The notes under the pieces are model-generated. The model was not told the DNA's origin and searched no databases. It worked only from the letters and a program-made list of their open reading frames with translations. Shown piece by piece: positions 1-13,959 of a DNA stretch of 64,000 nucleotides. Position 1 is the first letter of the stretch; every line of letters starts with the position of its first letter. A program made the translations under genes and the position numbers. The stretch is from Pseudovirgaria hyperparasitica (taxonomy: Eukaryota): the NCBI GenBank assembly GCA_010093815.1, contig ML996577.1; one strand, 5' to 3'.

Positions 1-435
1 GTATTGCCAGTAACTCAGGTGTGGTGATGTGAGCTTTGGTATTTCCCTGTTGATGTTCTTTATGAGGTTATCCGGGCATGCGCTACATGCATTTGGTGTC
101 ACGGACATGGGGTAGACTTTTGCTATAAAGAAGCAAGAGACCAAACCAAATCAAGCAAATAAATCAATTAGTCCAACACTCTGGAACCTGCGGACTGGAA
201 CGTGAACGGGAAATGACGTATTGACGAATATTGCTGATATCAACTGAGGTGCTATACCGTGATGTCAACCCGTGTGATTATGCATTCGTATCGCTGTTGA
301 GATCATGGCGGCTACGGCTGAGGCACGCAAGGCTGAGGGCGCGAACAAGAACGCCCCACCGAGGGCCGCCCCTGAGTTTACCCAGCACTCTTTTCTTGAA
401 TCGCGTCGCTCTTCCGCCAACACCACAATGTCTTG

Positions 436-2057
436 ATGCAAAAGTCCGTACTTTTACTCCGGCTCGTCCGGGTTCTATTTCCTCTTTCTGTTATTGGCAC
501 CGTGTATATTTACTTTTACCCTTTCTTCCACAAATGTCACTTCCCCGAGCCGTGGACCGCGCCCGACTGGAACGAGCAATGCGCCCACTATGTACGAGAA
601 CCACATATAGCACCCTTCCGACTCCTTGCACTTGGTGACCCGCAGCTCGAAGGAGACAGTTCCCTTCCTGGCGGTGCTATCGAGCCACCTCCCAGCATAC
701 CTTCTATATGGCGCGACACGTTGGGCTTGAGTGAGGAGCCACGCGCATGGGTTGACATACTTCAATACGACATTCCCGACCTGTTCGTGAAATGGCGGAA
801 ACAGATAGATCTCTTCGGCAACGACTTCTACCTCGCACATCAGTATCGCACCATGCGTTGGTGGACGCGCCCATCCCACATATCCGTGCTAGGGGACCTC
901 CTTGGGAGTCAGTGGAGTACGGACGAGGAGTATGAAAGTCGATCGCAAAGGTTTTGGAATAGAGTCTTTAAGGGAGGACTCAAGGTTTCAACAGACATCA
1001 CTTCACCGAATGAGACAACGGGCAGAGTGGAGGTGCTGGGGGACGACGTGCTTTGGGAACAACGGCTCATCAATATTGTGGGCAATCATGATGTTGGGTA
1101 AGTCCGCAGGTGACTAGAATACATGTCACATAGCGCTGACAGAGAATTAGATACGCCGGCGATCTGGATGAAACTAGAGTCGATCGGTTTGAAAGAGCGT
1201 TCGGCCAAGTTAATTGGGACATACGCTTTGAACTGCCGCAGTTCTCTTTAACGAACCTGAATCTAAATGAAACGACAGAAAAGATACCGTCGCTGCATAT
1301 AATCGTCCTGAACTCCATGAACCTCGATGGACCGGTACTATCGGAGAAGCTACAAGGAGACACTTACAAGTTCATCAACGATGTCATAAGTTCCAGATCC
1401 GCTCCAGTTGAGGATCATACATCCGCCACACTACTGCTCACTCATATACCGCTGCACAAAGAAGACGGCGTCTGCATTGACGGGCCATTCTTCGACTACT
1501 TCCCATCAGAAGAAGGCGGGGGGATAAGAGAACAAAACCATCTTAGTGAACATGGAACCAAATCGGTGCTCCAGGGAATCTTCGGTCTCAGTGGGAACAA
1601 AGGAGCTCCCGGCAATGGCCTGGGCCGAAACGGTCTCATAGTAAACGGACATGATCACGAAGGTTGCGACGTATGGCATAGCATTCGCTATGGGGAGGAA
1701 TCATGGCGAGCGGAGCGGTATCCGCCCGCGCAGAACACGAGTGAATCAATGTCCTTACCTGGCATCCGCGAAGTCAATCCCGGTCTTCGCGAGATCACAC
1801 TCCGAAGCATGATGGGGGAGTTTGGTGGCTATGCAGGCTTGCTTAGTGCATGGTACGATCCGGGAGCTGGCAAATGGGAGTTTGCCTTTGACTACTGTAG
1901 CATGGGCATTCAGCACTACTGGTGGGCGATTCATATTGTGGACATCGTCACCATTATTTGTATTCTCGCCATCATCCCTGTCCGGCTCTTAGAGCGATTG
2001 CCAGACGGAAATGAAGGAGCGAGGCATAGGGGAGAGAAAGCTATGAAGCGCGATTAG
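436..2057 (+). CDS. TED1: Ted1/MPPE1-like metallophosphoesterase (GPI-remodelling family), 2 exons: 436-1097, 1151-2057
   Basis: Motifs GDPQLEGD, GNDFYLAH, VLGDLLGSQW, GNHDVG|YAGD (across intron 1098-1150, GTAAGT..GCTGAC..TAG), LLTHIPLH, NGHDHEGC, LRSMMGEFGG; N- and C-terminal hydrophobic helices. Confidence 0.85.
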
Positions 2058-2581
2058 AAACAAATTGTCCCAAGTAATGAACAAACAAAAGATATGTGGT
2101 TCTGCATTGTACGTGCTAATTGACTTGCGAAATCGATTCGGGACTTTTAAGCAAAGTGACATTTTAATACCGATCGTTTTCAGGGACCCTCTATAACCTT
2201 GGCAAGGCTGCAGATGCTTGCCAAGGATTATGTAATGAAGCGCCGCGACTTGATTATCTTCAACTAGGTAAAGTTTCACACGCGATTCCGTCGTTCGCCA
2301 TCACCACCTCCACCTCCACCTCTACCATCGTTCTTCTTCGCGCGTGGAACTTTGGGTCGCAGAGGCTGGAACCATCTTAACAACTATCTAGCTACTGCGT
2401 GGGCAGTTTAGTTGGTGTGAGCTGCTACCGCCGCGTGGACTCAATCGCCTCCTCGCGAGCACCGTTGTGCTATCAAGGACGACTTATACTTGTCCACGAG
2501 TGGTGCGCATCTGCTGCCACGCAGAACCGACCTCTCCGCCGGCTTGACGAAACAACCTGAAATCCGAATATCACGAACACG

Positions 2582-5500
2582 ATGTCTGGGCCACCACCAC
2601 CGCCCCCTCCGCCCTTCGGTGCTTGGGCGCCTCCACCACCACCCCCTTCTTTTGGACCTCCAGCTGTGGGAGCACCACCACCTCCTCCAGGCTTGCCCCC
2701 AGCACAATCCGCTGCCGATCTGAAATTTGCGCAAAAGAAGAAGGAATGGCTACGGTACCAGCGCCAGAGGTTTGGTGAGAAGAGACGGGCTGGGGCTGTT
2801 GAGTTCCCAAAGGTCGACACACCACCAGAAATGCTGCGCAAAGCATTCAAGGACATAGGTGATGTGTCTCAAAAGAAGTTTGACAAAGACAAGCGGGCTT
2901 ACCTTGGAGCCCTGAAGTTCATGCCGCACGCGGTCTTGAAGCTACTTGAGAATATGCCAATGCCATGGGAGGACAGGCGCTATGTCAAGGTGCTTTATCA
3001 CGTCAATGGATGTCTCACCATCGTCAATGAGGTACCTCGGGTCATCCAACCAGTCTTTCATGCTCAATGGGCAAGCATGTGGGTGACAATGAGACGCGAG
3101 AAGCGGGACAGACGACACTTCCGACGCATGCGTTTCCCTCCCTTCGACGATGAAGAACCACCAATCAATTTCTCTGAGAACATAGAAGATATCACGGATC
3201 CACAAGAGCCGGTACAAATGGAACTTGACGGAGAGGAGGACGCCGAGGTCGTGGACTGGTTCTACGAGCACCGACCTCTTGCTGAAAGCGAACACACCAA
3301 TGGCCCAAGTTATAGGAAGTGGCACATGAGCATTCGACAAATGGCCACACTCTACCGCTTAAGTCATCAGCTACTAAGTGATGTTGTCGATAAGAATTAC
3401 TATCATATGTTTGATCTCAAGTCATTCTACACCGCGAAAGCACTGAACGTTGCGATTCCTGGTGGGCCGCGCTTTGAGCCTCTGTACAAAGATATCGATC
3501 CGAATGACGAAGATTTTGGGGAGTTCAACGCCATAGACCGTATCATCTTTCGTCAACCAGTTCGAACCGAATACCGAGTAACCTTTCCTTATCTATATAA
3601 TTCTCTGCCCCGCAGTGTCAAGATTGCTTGGTATGCTCACCCGCAAACCGTCTATATCAAAGCAAACGATCCGGCTTTGCCGGCCTTCTACTTCGACCCC
3701 GCTATCAACCCAATCTCGTCCCGCTCTGTTGCGCCGAAGAACCTAACTGTGAGCCACGAAGATGAGGTATTTGGTAAGGGCAACAACGAGGATGATGAGT
3801 TTGAGCTACCAAACGAACTTGAGCCGTTTATGTCCGAAGAATCAGAATATACCGAAGATACAGCCGATGCCATCATGCTATGGTGGGCACCATATCCATT
3901 TGACCGTCGCTCGGGAAATATGGTGCGTGCCGAAGATGTCCCCTTGATCAAGCAATGGTACCTGGAGCATTCGCCTCGTGAAGGACCGGTCAAGACGCGT
4001 GTATCATACCAGAAACTGCTTAAAAGTTACGTCTTGAACGAGCTTCACACTCGCCCACCAAAAGCGATGAACAAGCAGAACCTCATGCGGACTCTGAAGT
4101 CTACAAAGTTCTTCCAACAGACGACACTAGACTGGCTGGAAGCCGGCCTTCAAGTTTGTAGGCAAGGCTACAATATGTTGAATCTACTCATTCACAGGAA
4201 GAACCTGACCTACCTGCATTTGGATTACAATTTCAATCTCAAGCCGATTAAGACGTTGACGACGAAGGAGCGAAAGAAGTCAAGGTTTGGCAATGCTTTC
4301 CACCTGATGAGAGAGATTCTTCGATTGACGAAATTGATCGTGGACGCGAATGTGCAGTATCGTTTGGGCAATATTGATGCATTCCAACTTGCCGACGGCA
4401 TTCTCTACGCCTTCAATCATGTTGGTCAGCTTACGGGTATGTACCGGTATAAGTACAAGCTTATGCACCAAATCAGATCTTGTAAGGACCTGAAGCATAT
4501 CATATACCACCGCTTCAACAGTGGACCGGTTGGAAAAGGACCTGGGTGTGGATTCTGGGCCCCAGCTTGGAGAGTTTGGTTGTTCTTCATGCGGGGTATC
4601 ATTCCGTTGCTTGAACGATGGCTCGGAAATCTGCTGTCTCGTCAATTTGAAGGTCGTCATAGCAAAGGCGTTGCGAAGACGGTTACCAAGCAGCGCGTTG
4701 AATCTCACTTCGATTTGGAATTGCGTGCGTCTGTCATGGCGGACCTCGTCGACATGATGCCCGAAGGCATCAAGCAAAACAAGATTCATCTGATCTTGCA
4801 ACATTTATCGGAAGCTTGGCGATGTTGGAAAAGTAATATTCCTTGGAAGGTCCCTGGCCTACCGGCACCAATCGAGAATGTTATCCTGAGATATGTAAAG
4901 AGCAAGGCAGACTGGTGGGTTTCAGTGGCCCACTATAATCGTGAGAGAATCCGGCGCGGAGCGACGGTCGATAAGACGGTTGCGAAGAAGAATCTAGGGA
5001 GACTTACCAGACTGTGGCTCAAAGCTGAACAGGAGCGCCAGCACAACTACATGAAAGATGGCCCGTACGTGTCCTCAGAGGAAGCTGTTGCGATATACAC
5101 GACAACAGTACATTGGCTGGAGTCGCGAAAGTTCCAACCGATACCGTTCCCTTCAGTGTCGTACAAGCACGATACAAAGATGTTGATTCTGGCCCTAGAG
5201 CGCCTTCGTGAGGCTTACTCCGTTAAGGGACGACTCAACCAAAGCCAGAGAGAGGAGTTGGCTTTGATCGAACAAGCTTATGACTCGCCTGGCACGACCT
5301 TGGCACGAATCAAGCGTTTCTTACTGACACAGAGAGCGTTCAAGGAAGTCGGGATTGATATGAACGACAATTATAGCACAATCAACCCTGTCTATGACGT
5401 CGAGCCCATTGAGAAGATCACAGATGCATACCTGGATCAGTATTTGTGGTACCAAGCAGATCAGCGCCAACTGTTCCCACCATGGATCAAGCCTTCTGAC

Positions 5501-8500
5501 TCGGAAGTTCCACCGCTTCTGGTGTACAAGTGGGCTCAAGCAGTGAACAATCTTGACAAGGTTTGGGAACACGAAAATGGCGAGACAAACGTGCTCATTG
5601 AGACTCAACTGTCCAAAGTCTATGAGAAGATTGATCTGACCCTTCTCAATCGCTTGCTTCGTCTCATCATGGATCACAATTTGGCAGACTACATCACTGC
5701 AAAGAATAACGTGTTGCTCAACTACAAAGACATGAACCACGTCAACAGCTATGGTTTGATCCGAGGTCTACAGTTTTCGGCCTTTGTCTTCCAGTACTAC
5801 GGTCTCATCATCGATCTGCTCCTCCTAGGTCTGAAAAGAGCAAGCGATCTAGCTGGCCCGCCGAACAGCCCGAACGATTTCTTGCAATTCAGGGATCAGG
5901 CTACCGAAGTCAGACATCCAATCCGCATCTACACTCGCTACATTGATAAGATCTACATCTTCTTCAGATTCAGTGCCGATGAGTCGAAGGATCTGATTCA
6001 ACGTTTCTTGACGGAACAGCCAGATCCCAATTTTGAAAACGTGATAGGCTATAGAAACAAGAAATGTTGGCCTCGAGATTCGCGAATGCGCCTGATGCGC
6101 CACGACGTAAACCTCGGACGTGCTGTCTTCTGGGACTTGAAGAACCGTCTCCCACGATCAGTCACCACGATCGAATGGGAAGATACATTTGCCAGTGTGT
6201 ACAGCAGGGACAATCCGAACCTGCTATTCTCTATGGTTGGATTCGAGGTCCGGATCTTGCCCAAGTCACGTAACCTGAACGAGGAGTTCAAGGTTCACGA
6301 CAGTGTTTGGAATCTTGTCAATAATACCACTAAGGAAAGGACAGCCCACGCATTCTTACAGGTGACCGAGGAAGACATCCAGAAGTTCAACAATCGAATT
6401 CGACAGATCCTTATGTCCTCTGGATCCACAACCTTCACGAAGATCGCCAATAAGTGGAACACAACGCTGATTGCCTTGTTTACCTACTACCGTGAGGCTG
6501 CGGTCTCAACGGTCAACCTTCTCGATGCGATAGTCAAGTGCGAGACGAAGATTCAGACCAGAGTAAAGATTGGCCTGAACTCGAAGATGCCTTCTCGTTT
6601 CCCGCCCGCTGTGTTCTATACTCCGAAGGAACTTGGTGGTCTCGGTATGATCTCCGGCTCCCACATTCTCATCCCTGCTAGCGACAAGAGATTTTCTATG
6701 CAGACGGATACCGGTATCACACATTACCGCCAGGGCATGTCTCATCAGACCGAGGAGGAAACGTTGATTCCGAATATCTTCCGCTACATCATACCCTGGG
6801 AGTCCGAGTTCATCGATTCTCAACGTGTGTGGATGGAGTATGCACAAAAGCGTCAGGAGGCTGTCCAACAGAACCGTAGGCTTACTCTGGAGGACCTGGA
6901 GGACAGCTGGGACCGCGGTCTGCCACGTATCAATACGCTGTTCCAGAAAGATAGAAGTACTCTTAGCTTCGACAAAGGCTTCAGAGTGCGCACCGAGTTC
7001 AAGACTTACCAGCATATGAAGAGCAATCCCTTCTGGTGGACAAGTCAAAGACATGATGGTAAATTGTGGAACCTCAATGCATACAGAACCGATGTTATTC
7101 AAGCTCTTGGTGGTGTGGAGAATATCTTGGAGCACACCCTCTTCAAAGGGACGGCATTCCCTACCTGGGAGGGTCTGTTCTGGGAGAAGGTAAGTGGCTC
7201 AAATATTGTATGCCAAGTTCACCGCTAACACTAATCAAGGCTTCTGGATTCGAAGAGTCGATGAAGTTCAAGAAGCTCACGAACGCGCAGCGTTCGGGTT
7301 TGAATCAAATTCCCAATCGTCGTTTCACACTTTGGTGGTCACCCACCATTAATCGAGCAAATGTCTATGTCGGTTTCCAAGTTCAACTGGATCTCACGGG
7401 AATCTTTTTGCACGGTAAGATTCCGACATTGAAGATCTCGCTCATTCAGATCTTCCGAGCCCATTTGTGGCAGAAAATTCACGAGTCAGTTGTTATGGAT
7501 CTTTGTCAGGTGTTCGATCAAGAACTTGAAGCGCTCGGTATCGAGACCGTGCAGAAGGAGACAATCCATCCTCGTAAGTCGTACAAGATGAACAGCTCGT
7601 GCGCGGATATTCTCTTGTTTGCGACACACAAGTGGGGTGTTACGAACCCATCACATCTGCACGACACGCGCGATCAAATCATGCCGGTAACAGCGACGAA
7701 ATTCTGGATTGATGTGCAACTCCGATATGGCGATTACGACTCTCATGATATCGAGCGGTACATTCACGCCAAGTTCATGGACTACAGTTCCGACCAAATG
7801 AGTATCTATCCATCGCCTCATGGGCTGATGATCGGTATTGATCTGGCATATAATGTGCACTCAGCATATGGTCAGTGGTTCCCGGGTCTCAAGCAGCTTG
7901 TGCAAGCGGCAATGGCCAAGATTATGAAGGCAAACCCTGCACTCTACGTTCTGCGAGAGCGCATTCGGAAAGCCCTGCAGTTGTATGCCTCTGAAAGTAA
8001 CCAGGAGTTCCTCAACTCCCAGAATTACTCGGAGCTATTCAGCGACCGCATCCAGCTCTTTATCGATGACACCAATGTTTATCGAGTGACAATCCACAAA
8101 ACATTCGAGGGCAATTTGACCACCAAACCAATCAACGGCGCCATCTTCATTTTCAATCCTCGGACTGGACAATTGTTCCTGAAAATTATCCACACAAAAG
8201 TCTGGGCCGGGCAGAAACGTCTAGGTCAACTAGCGAAATGGAAGACTGCGGAAGAAGTCGCGGCTCTTATTCGTTCCTTGCCTGTTGAAGAGCAGCCGAA
8301 GCAGTTGATTGTTACTCGAAAGGGTCTTTTGGATCCTCTCGAGGTGCATCTGCTGGACTTCCCCAATATCTCGATTCGTGCGTCGGAGCTGCAATTACCA
8401 TTCCAGGCTGCCATGAAGATCGAGAAGCTCGGCGACATGATCCTAGCTGCTACTGGACCACAGATGGTACTATTCAACCTGTACGATGAGTGGCTGAAGA

Positions 8501-9735
8501 CGATATCCTCGTACACCGCGTTCTCTCGTCTCATTCTGATTCTCCGTGCACTTCACGTCAATCAGGATAAGACCAAACTCATCCTGAGACCGGACCACAA
8601 GGTCATCACCGAGTCTCACCATATTTGGCCTTCTCTTAGTGATGAGGATTGGATGAAGGTCGAGACGAGCCTCCGTGACCTGATTCTGAATGACTACGGA
8701 AAGAAGAACAATGTGAACGTTTCCAGTCTGACGAGTAGTGAGGTTCGCGACATCATCCTTGGTATGGAAATTAGCGCCCCTTCGTTGCAGAGACAGCAGG
8801 CTATGGAGATTGAGAAGCAGGAGGGCGATCAACAGCAGCTCACTGCTGTCACCACAAAGACCCAGAACGTGCGCGGAGAGAACATCGTCGTTACGACAAC
8901 GTCGCAGTACGAGCAACAGTCATTCGCTTCCAAGACCGAATGGCGGACTCGAGCCATCGCAACCACCAATCTCCGCACACGCGCCAACCACATCTACATC
9001 TCGTCGGAAGACATTCGCGAAGACGATCATTACACATATGTCATGCCAAAGAACATCCTGAAGCGCTTCATCGCAATTGCGGACCTCCGTGTTCGCGTGG
9101 CTGGGTATCTCTACGGAAGCTCCCCCAAGGACAATGACCAGGTCAAGGAGATACGAACGATCGTGCTCGTCCCGCAAGTCGGCAGCACCAAAGAAGTGCA
9201 GCTACCTCAGCAGCTTCCCGAGAATCCGGCTCTGAACCAGTTGGAACCCCTAGGCATCATCCACACCATCAGTGGCAACGAGCTCCCGTACATGACTGCT
9301 GCAGATGTGACGCAGCACGCTCGTCTCATGGTCGCCCACAAAGCCTGGGACAAGAGAACGGTGACCATGACAGTCAACTTCACACCCGGCTCTGTCGCCC
9401 TTACGGCATGGTCGCTCACCACGGACGGCTACAAATGGGGCGCCCTGAACAAAGACATGATGTCCGACGCGCCCGAGGGCTTCTCAACCGAGTACGGCGC
9501 TAAGTGCCAGCTGCTGCTCAGCGACCGCATCAAGGGATATTTCATGGTGCCTGACCACAATCTATGGAATTTTAGCTTCTTGGGAACTGTGTTTGCGAAC
9601 TTGGAGAAGAAGAGGGTTTCTGTCAAGATGGATGTACCGGCCAGGTTCTATGATGCATTGCATCGCCCTATTCATTTCCAGAACTTTAGCCAGTTGGAGG
9701 ATATCTGGGTTGACAAGGAGGATTTCTTCGAGTGA
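2582..9735 (+). CDS. PRP8: Pre-mRNA splicing factor Prp8 (U5 snRNP), 2 exons: 2582-7189, 7240-9735; intein-less allele
   Basis: Highly conserved Prp8 sequence ([63 protein letters not shown]-terminal Jab1/MPN region); single intron 7190-7239 (GTAAGT..GCTAAC..AAG) joins FWEK to ASGFEES. Confidence 0.99.
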
Positions 9736-10001
9736 TTGATGGATGTGCGAGATGATATTGGCCTGGCGTTGGGTTGGATGGCGAGGCATAGCATGTATAC
9801 GTGTGTAAGATTGGAACTATGAGTGAGAAGGGGTTGTTGGAGCTATAGCACGAGCAAAAAGGGTCCGCGAGTAGTAATGGTTCAGGAGCTGGCATGGCGC
9901 CTGGCGATACTTGTAATATACAAAACCATGATGGATCTGAGTAGCCAACATCTGCCATGTCCACAACCCATCCACATCCACATCCCAATTCCGATTCCCA
10001 C

Positions 10002-11751
10002 TCATCCCTCCTTCTCCACCCTCCTCGCCCTCCACCGCCCACCCCTCCACTGCAACACCAACACAGGCAACCAACCCACAACAAACACAATCCCAGCCAT
10101 AAGCCCTCCACTCGCCCCAACCCCCAACTTCGTAATCATATCCGGAAACCAAAACGGCCCAATAAACCCCCACGTACTCCGCACCACATTGACAAACACC
10201 CCGATACTGCTCGAGTGCTCGCCGTGGCAATCCACCGCATACGTCACCAGCACCGTCGTCACAATCTGGTTCCCCGCCGCCGCAACCGCGATCCCGACGA
10301 TGGGCGTCACATTCCAGTGGCCCTTTGCCGCCTGCTCCGTGCGCACGCCAAACACGACCAGCCCGACGATCGCGAGCAGGAAGCCCAGGTACGAGAGGTA
10401 CAGGCGGTGTTCGGGCCGGGGCCTAGGCCGCGGCCGCGCACTGCTTTGTTCACTCCCATCCCTATTCCGGTTCCGGTTCATCCACCAATCGCTCAGCGGG
10501 CCGGCGAGTTGCTCGCCGACGACACTGCCGACGACGATGCCGAGAAACTGCAGGCCGAGGCCCTGGGGCGAGAGGGCGAATTTGGGAATGAAGATTTGGG
10601 GGATTTCGACGGTCAGGTAGACGGATGCGAAGCCGAAGACGAAGGTGTAGCTGAGGGTTGGGATGAGGATGGAGGGGTATGCGGCGAGGGATAGGGGGTG
10701 GAGGAATTCGAGGGCGGTGAGGGGGGTGGGGTCGATGCGGGTGAGGATGGAGAGGTATTGGGCTTTGAAGGGGGAGGGTTTGGGGTTGGGTTTGGTTGTT
10801 GTGGGTGTGTGGGAGACGCGCATGTAGCGGGTTTCGGGGCCAAAGGGGATGTAGAGGAGGAGTTGGACGAGGTTTGTGATGGCGAGGACCCAGTATATCC
10901 AGCGGTAGCCGATGTGTTCGGCGACGAAGCCCATGAAGAAGGGGCCGGCGGGGGGTCCGAGGGTGACCATGAGGCTGGAGGGAGAGGGTTAGTGATGCTG
11001 CTTGGGAGAGATGTGGGTATGGTGTGGGTATGTGTATATACTCACGTCCAGACGCCCATGAACCGGCCTCTGTCCTTCTTGAAGAACGTCTCGACAACGA
11101 CACCCGACCCGATCGCAATAGCGGGACAGATGAAGAAGGCAACAAGACAGCGGCACGCCGCCATCGCCGCATAGTTCGGACTGACCGCACAGCCTACATT
11201 GCAGATACCCGACAGAGCGACCGACACGAGCCAGACGGGCCTGCGGCCGTAGCGGTTGGAGATGGGCTTCCAGAGCAAGGGCCCGAAGCCGAGAACGGCG
11301 ATTTGCATGCTGGTGAGATAGGAGGCCTTGACGAGGGAGACGTCGAGGTCTTCGGCGATGATCTCGAAGGCTGGGATGATGGCGGCGGCGGTGAAGGTTG
11401 TCATCATGGCGTGGACTGCGACGAGGATGAGGTTTGCGGTTTTCTGGACGGGCGTTAGTCGGTGGGTTTGTATACGCTTGCTCAGCACGAGGGCAGGGAG
11501 ATGATGATGCTCACCTTCCAGCCGGGCCAGTTGTAAGGGTCAGCGGGATCCATTGAGGGCATAGGGTCCAGCGCCAGAGTTCCATGGCGCTGGAGGAGAT
11601 AGTCGCGATGCTCCTGCGGCAAGTGGGCAAGCGAGGAATCATCAATATAGGTAGACTTGAGCCCAAGCTGCTTCTCCTGATCGCGAGACGACGACGACGA
11701 TGTCTCTTCCTCCTCTCGCATCTCCAAGGCCGGTTCCTTGACGGCAGCCAT
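10002..11751 (-). CDS. MFS transporter (DHA1-like multidrug family), 3 exons: 11751-11515, 11443-11046, 10974-10002
   Basis: DPADPYNWPGWK|K N-terminal motif, loop motif SNRYGRRPV, ETFFKKDRGRFMGVWT, RPEHRL, many hydrophobic helices; introns 11444-11514 and 10975-11045 restore the frame. Confidence 0.92.
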
Positions 11752-11835
11752 CAAGACAGACGCAGAGTTCGCTTTAACGTATACGTGCGTGCTACTGCTG
11801 GGGAAGGTGTAAAGCTCAAACCCAACGATGAAGAA

Positions 11836-11872
11836 AGACAGACAGATATACAGACAGACAGACAGACAGACA
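11836..11872. repeat. (GACA)n microsatellite upstream of the MFS gene
   Basis: Imperfect GACA tandem run seen directly. Confidence 0.85.
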
Positions 11873-12162
11873 AAAGACCACGTTCGCAGAAAAGGCGAAC
11901 CAGAGCTCATTATCTACTCAACCGACCACCATACGTACCGTTCCTCATAACCACACCCCCCCAGCAGCCTTCTCCGCATTTAAAACGACGTCGTTCCATG
12001 GAGACAGGCCCCATCAGCGGGAAGCGCCATAAGGCCCCAGAATTCCCACCAGAAATCGAATGCAAGTCACTGGCTATCAAGACGACTTGACTTTTGTGGA
12101 TATTACCCGCTCTTCCCGGCATCCCCCACACGACAGGTTCCAGGTTTTGGGCTGTGATAAGT

Positions 12163-12209
12163 ATGTGTGAGTGTGAGTGTGCGTATGTGCGTATGTGTGT
12201 GTGTGTGTG
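12163..12209. repeat. (TG)n-type microsatellite
   Basis: Degenerate TG tandem run seen directly. Confidence 0.85.
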
Positions 12210-13489
12210 CGATGACCTGGCGGGACCCCGGAGAAGAACGGCAATGGATCACAGACACTCGCCTCGACACCAAAGCACACGAAACATGTCAGTGGTATAT
12301 TAAATATAGTTTCTGCATCCATCCCGTGGACTGGCTGGCTGGCTGGCTGGATTTCTGGCTGATAGAACGGCGAATCCCCCCCGCACTTCCACAAAGTTTG
12401 ATACAGCGAGATAGAACAGTCAGAACAGACAACAAGACCATCCTCACAACCGCCCCCGGCGCAGAGTCTAGATCGATACAAGTCCGGTCGGAGCTTAACG
12501 GAGGAAAGCAAGATACAAAAAAGTGTGGTTGAGGTTTGCTGTGGGGATGACACGCACGCGCGCTGACTGGACGTGTGTAAATCCATACAGCCAGAGTCGT
12601 AGTAGTTAGTAATCCTAGGCGTTGGCGAGACCAAACCGACGCGTCTGCCGAACTTACTGCCGCGAATTTTTCCCACCAAGCCTCCCTGCTTCGGAGGAGC
12701 CATATTTTCCAAAGCACCGACACGAAATCCTACAGACAGTGTTAAGTGTGGACAGACATCCAAGGGTAATTGCTGTATTTCTTTTTCCTTTTCCTTTCAT
12801 CTTCTTTTGCAATCCTCGAATCCTCTGGCCTGGAAGCTCCTTCCTAAAATCCCCCACTCCCCGTGTCTCCCCGTGTCTCCCGCTCTCCGTTCTCCGGTTT
12901 TTCTTTTTTAGTCTCCATTATGCGGACCGCTGATAATGCGACGAAGGAGAGAGGATTAATAATAATAGTAGCAGTCTGGCAGGCTCGAAGTAGCCCTCCT
13001 CGTAGGTGTTACTCTTGGCATGCTTTTTAGCTTACAGTAGCGTGCCTCACAGACATTGTGATTTTGTGTACTTCCCTGTTGTTGTTACGCTGTTTTAGCT
13101 TGCTTGTTAGGTAGAGGACTTTACTCTTGTTCTATTCTAGCTCGGTAATAGGAGATTATAATTCTTGATGAGGAAGATAGCAGGAAGGGAAAGAGAGTAA
13201 GAGACTAAGTGTTTGTATTAATCTTCAGAATTAATACACGCTGTCTAGACACGATGCTTCTTAACAAAATTCTTATTCTTATATTATCCAATAGACATAC
13301 ATAAAAGAAAGCTTACGTTGTGCTGTTATCATAGTGTGTAAATCGCCGTTAGATAAGTACTAAGAGTAACGGCGAATCTGAGCCCGAACGGATCCACGAT
13401 ATCTCTCTATTTACTCTGTCCTTTTCTTCTCCCGTCTACTCTCCTATTTTCTCAACCCACCTAATTGAATCTTCAACTACCCGCCTCCT

Positions 13490-13620
13490 TATCCTTCCAT
13501 CTATCCTTCCATCTACCCTTCCATCTACCCTTCCATCTATCCTTCCATCTATCCATCCATCCATCCTTCTATCCATCCTTCCATCTATCTTTCCATCTAT
13601 CCTTCCATCTATCCTTCTAC
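13490..13620. repeat. 12-bp minisatellite (ATCCTTCCATCT-like, about 11 degenerate units)
   Basis: Tandem units atccttccatct / acccttccatct visible; explains the RIDG and SFHL periodic ORFs in the track. Confidence 0.85.
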
Positions 13621-13861
13621 CCACCCACCCGTCCATCAACCTACCTCACCATCATACAGCCAGCAAGCAGTAAGAGTCCGCATCTCAGACTAGGTCTAGA
13701 TCAATATACTAGTGCATAAAGAATAGGCAAGATAGCACTCATTACTCAAGGGATCAGTATCTATCTGTGTAATCCTTGGTCTATGCGTAACTGCTATAGT
13801 ATCGCAGCTTGATTCATCTACTAACTTATTCTTCTTATACGTATCCTTCGTAGATGAATCG

Positions 13862-13862
<1 letters not shown>

Positions 13863-13905
<43 letters not shown>

Positions 13906-13959
13906 GTGTGTGTGTGTATATGTGTGTGTATATATGTGTATATATGTGTGTATATGTGT
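13863..13959. repeat. Compound (TA)n/(TG)n microsatellite
   Basis: About 17 perfect TA units followed by mixed TG/TA. Confidence 0.95.

Noticed and set aside
7066..7228. Overlapping PRP8 ORFs suggesting a frameshift, pseudogene or intein
   Set aside because: Fully explained by the 50-nt intron 7190-7239; no intein (no C...HN block) is present between EKA and SGFEE.
9823..11190. Several 240-265 aa ORFs overlapping the MFS gene
   Set aside because: Shadow or alternative-frame ORFs produced by the extreme C/G skew; no recognisable motifs.
13490..13620. Tandem repeat considered as a CRISPR-like or telomeric array
   Set aside because: No unique spacers, eukaryotic context, and the unit is not TTAGGG.
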